36,735 nucleotides of DNA from an uncultured Dehalococcoidales bacterium. GTDB taxonomy: Bacteria; Chloroflexota; Dehalococcoidia; Lucifugimonadales; Lucifugimonadaceae. The stretch lies in assembly GCA_964471055.1 (NCBI GenBank), contig CAYYFS010000002.1:2233-38967 (forward strand). Reading direction: 5' to 3'. Numbering within the stretch: the first letter of the stretch is position 1; each line of letters begins with the position of its first letter. Both the position numbers and the translations under genes were made by a program. Shown here piece after piece: positions 36,404 through 36,735 of this stretch. A model generated the notes under the pieces. The model was not told the DNA's origin and ran no database searches. It saw only the letters and a list, made by a program, of their open reading frames with translations.

Positions 36404-36564
36404 CACCACTACGCTCAGCATACATGGAGCGCCCCGGCTCCCGCCGGGTTTCGGTTGGGTCGCCGGGCCTCCGCGAGCCGTTTGATTTTGGAGCCTGCAC
36501 GCACACGGTGGGCTGTGCTAGCCGAAAAGGTGTCGTCCAATCTCCGGCAACGCTTGCGCGCCTC

Positions 36565-36645
36565 GCACGCGTCTGAGACGCGTGCCCGTGATTGCGCACG
36601 GGGTGGGCGCCGGCAACACGATGCCCCGGGGACAGAGCTTCCCCG
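36565..36645 (+). promoter_or_regulatory. Structured leader (three consecutive perfect hairpins) upstream of the right-edge gene
   Basis: GCACGCGTC-tga-GACGCGTGC (36565-36585), CCCGTG-attgcg-CACGGG (36585-36602) and CGGGGA-cagagct-TCCCCG (36627-36645). They end about 20 nt before the SD GGAGG (36666-36670). Confidence 0.3.
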
Positions 36646-36675
36646 CAAATCGCTCACTGCTCAATGGAGGAAACA

Positions 36676-36735
36676 ATGACGGTTGGCAACTTCCGCCGAT
36701 TGCCCTGGTTGATCCTCGGGATCATCGCTCTTACC
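36676..36735 (+). CDS. 5' end of a membrane or secreted protein gene (runs off the right edge)
   Basis: ATG at 36676 preceded by GGAGG with a 5-nt spacer. Translation MTVGNFRRLPWLILGIIALT has a positive n-region followed by a hydrophobic stretch. Only 20 codons are visible. Confidence 0.4.
   Translation, partial: MTVGNFRRLPWLILGIIALT

Noticed and set aside
36327-36404. Possible tRNA-His, because a G would precede the mature 5' end (position -1)
   Set aside because: The anticodon loop reads CT-TAC-AC (anticodon UAC, Val) and the discriminator is A, not C. The upstream G is coincidental.
1-36735. CRISPR arrays, tandem DNA repeats, IS elements, integrases or prophage genes, including near the tRNA-Val
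   Set aside because: No direct-repeat/spacer periodicity, terminal inverted repeats or recombinase-like ORFs were seen on either strand. The repeats in the 984-aa protein are detectable only at the protein level.

Overview
GC-rich bacterial chromosomal window. I saw no rRNA, CRISPR array, transposase or integrase. All family calls rest on motifs read by eye in the supplied translations, with no database search.

(1) Positions 1-19 kb hold a compact Wood-Ljungdahl (reductive acetyl-CoA) island. It forms two divergent operons around a 436-bp control region.
- Minus strand: mobA, a 412-nt leader, fhs, cooC, a NuoE-like gene, a NuoF/HydB-like gene, and a NuoG/HydA/FdhA-like gene that runs off the left edge.
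- Plus strand: cooS/acsA, acsB, acsD, acsC, RACo (acsV), a second cooC (acsF-like) and acsE, followed by folC and an orphan fabF.

(2) Positions 20.4-26.1 kb hold a minus-strand module and are my best candidate for an undescribed system. It encodes an OmpR-type response regulator, a minimal histidine kinase with no sensor domain, a Pro/Thr-rich lipoprotein, and a 984-aa exported protein built from about 10 DUF5666-like beta repeats plus a helical insert.

(3) Positions 26.5-30.2 kb encode dnaE, followed by a small DUF2007-like ORF.

(4) Positions 30.6-36.3 kb hold a minus-strand MoxR / DUF58 / transglutaminase-like operon. The expected catalytic Cys of the transglutaminase-like protein reads as Ser. 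An ogt (MGMT) gene is translationally coupled to the operon's end. The operon lies downstream of tRNA-Val(UAC).

At the right edge, a structured leader precedes the start of a membrane or secreted protein gene.

Many genes use GTG or TTG starts: fhs, cooC, the NuoF-like gene, acsB, acsV, dnaE, the kinase and the DUF58 gene. Long ORFs antisense to real genes are common and are treated as GC-rich shadow ORFs. The gene content (monoderm-style lipoprotein, bacterial-type ACS) suggests an anaerobic Chloroflexota- or Actinomycetota-like lineage, but this is inference only.
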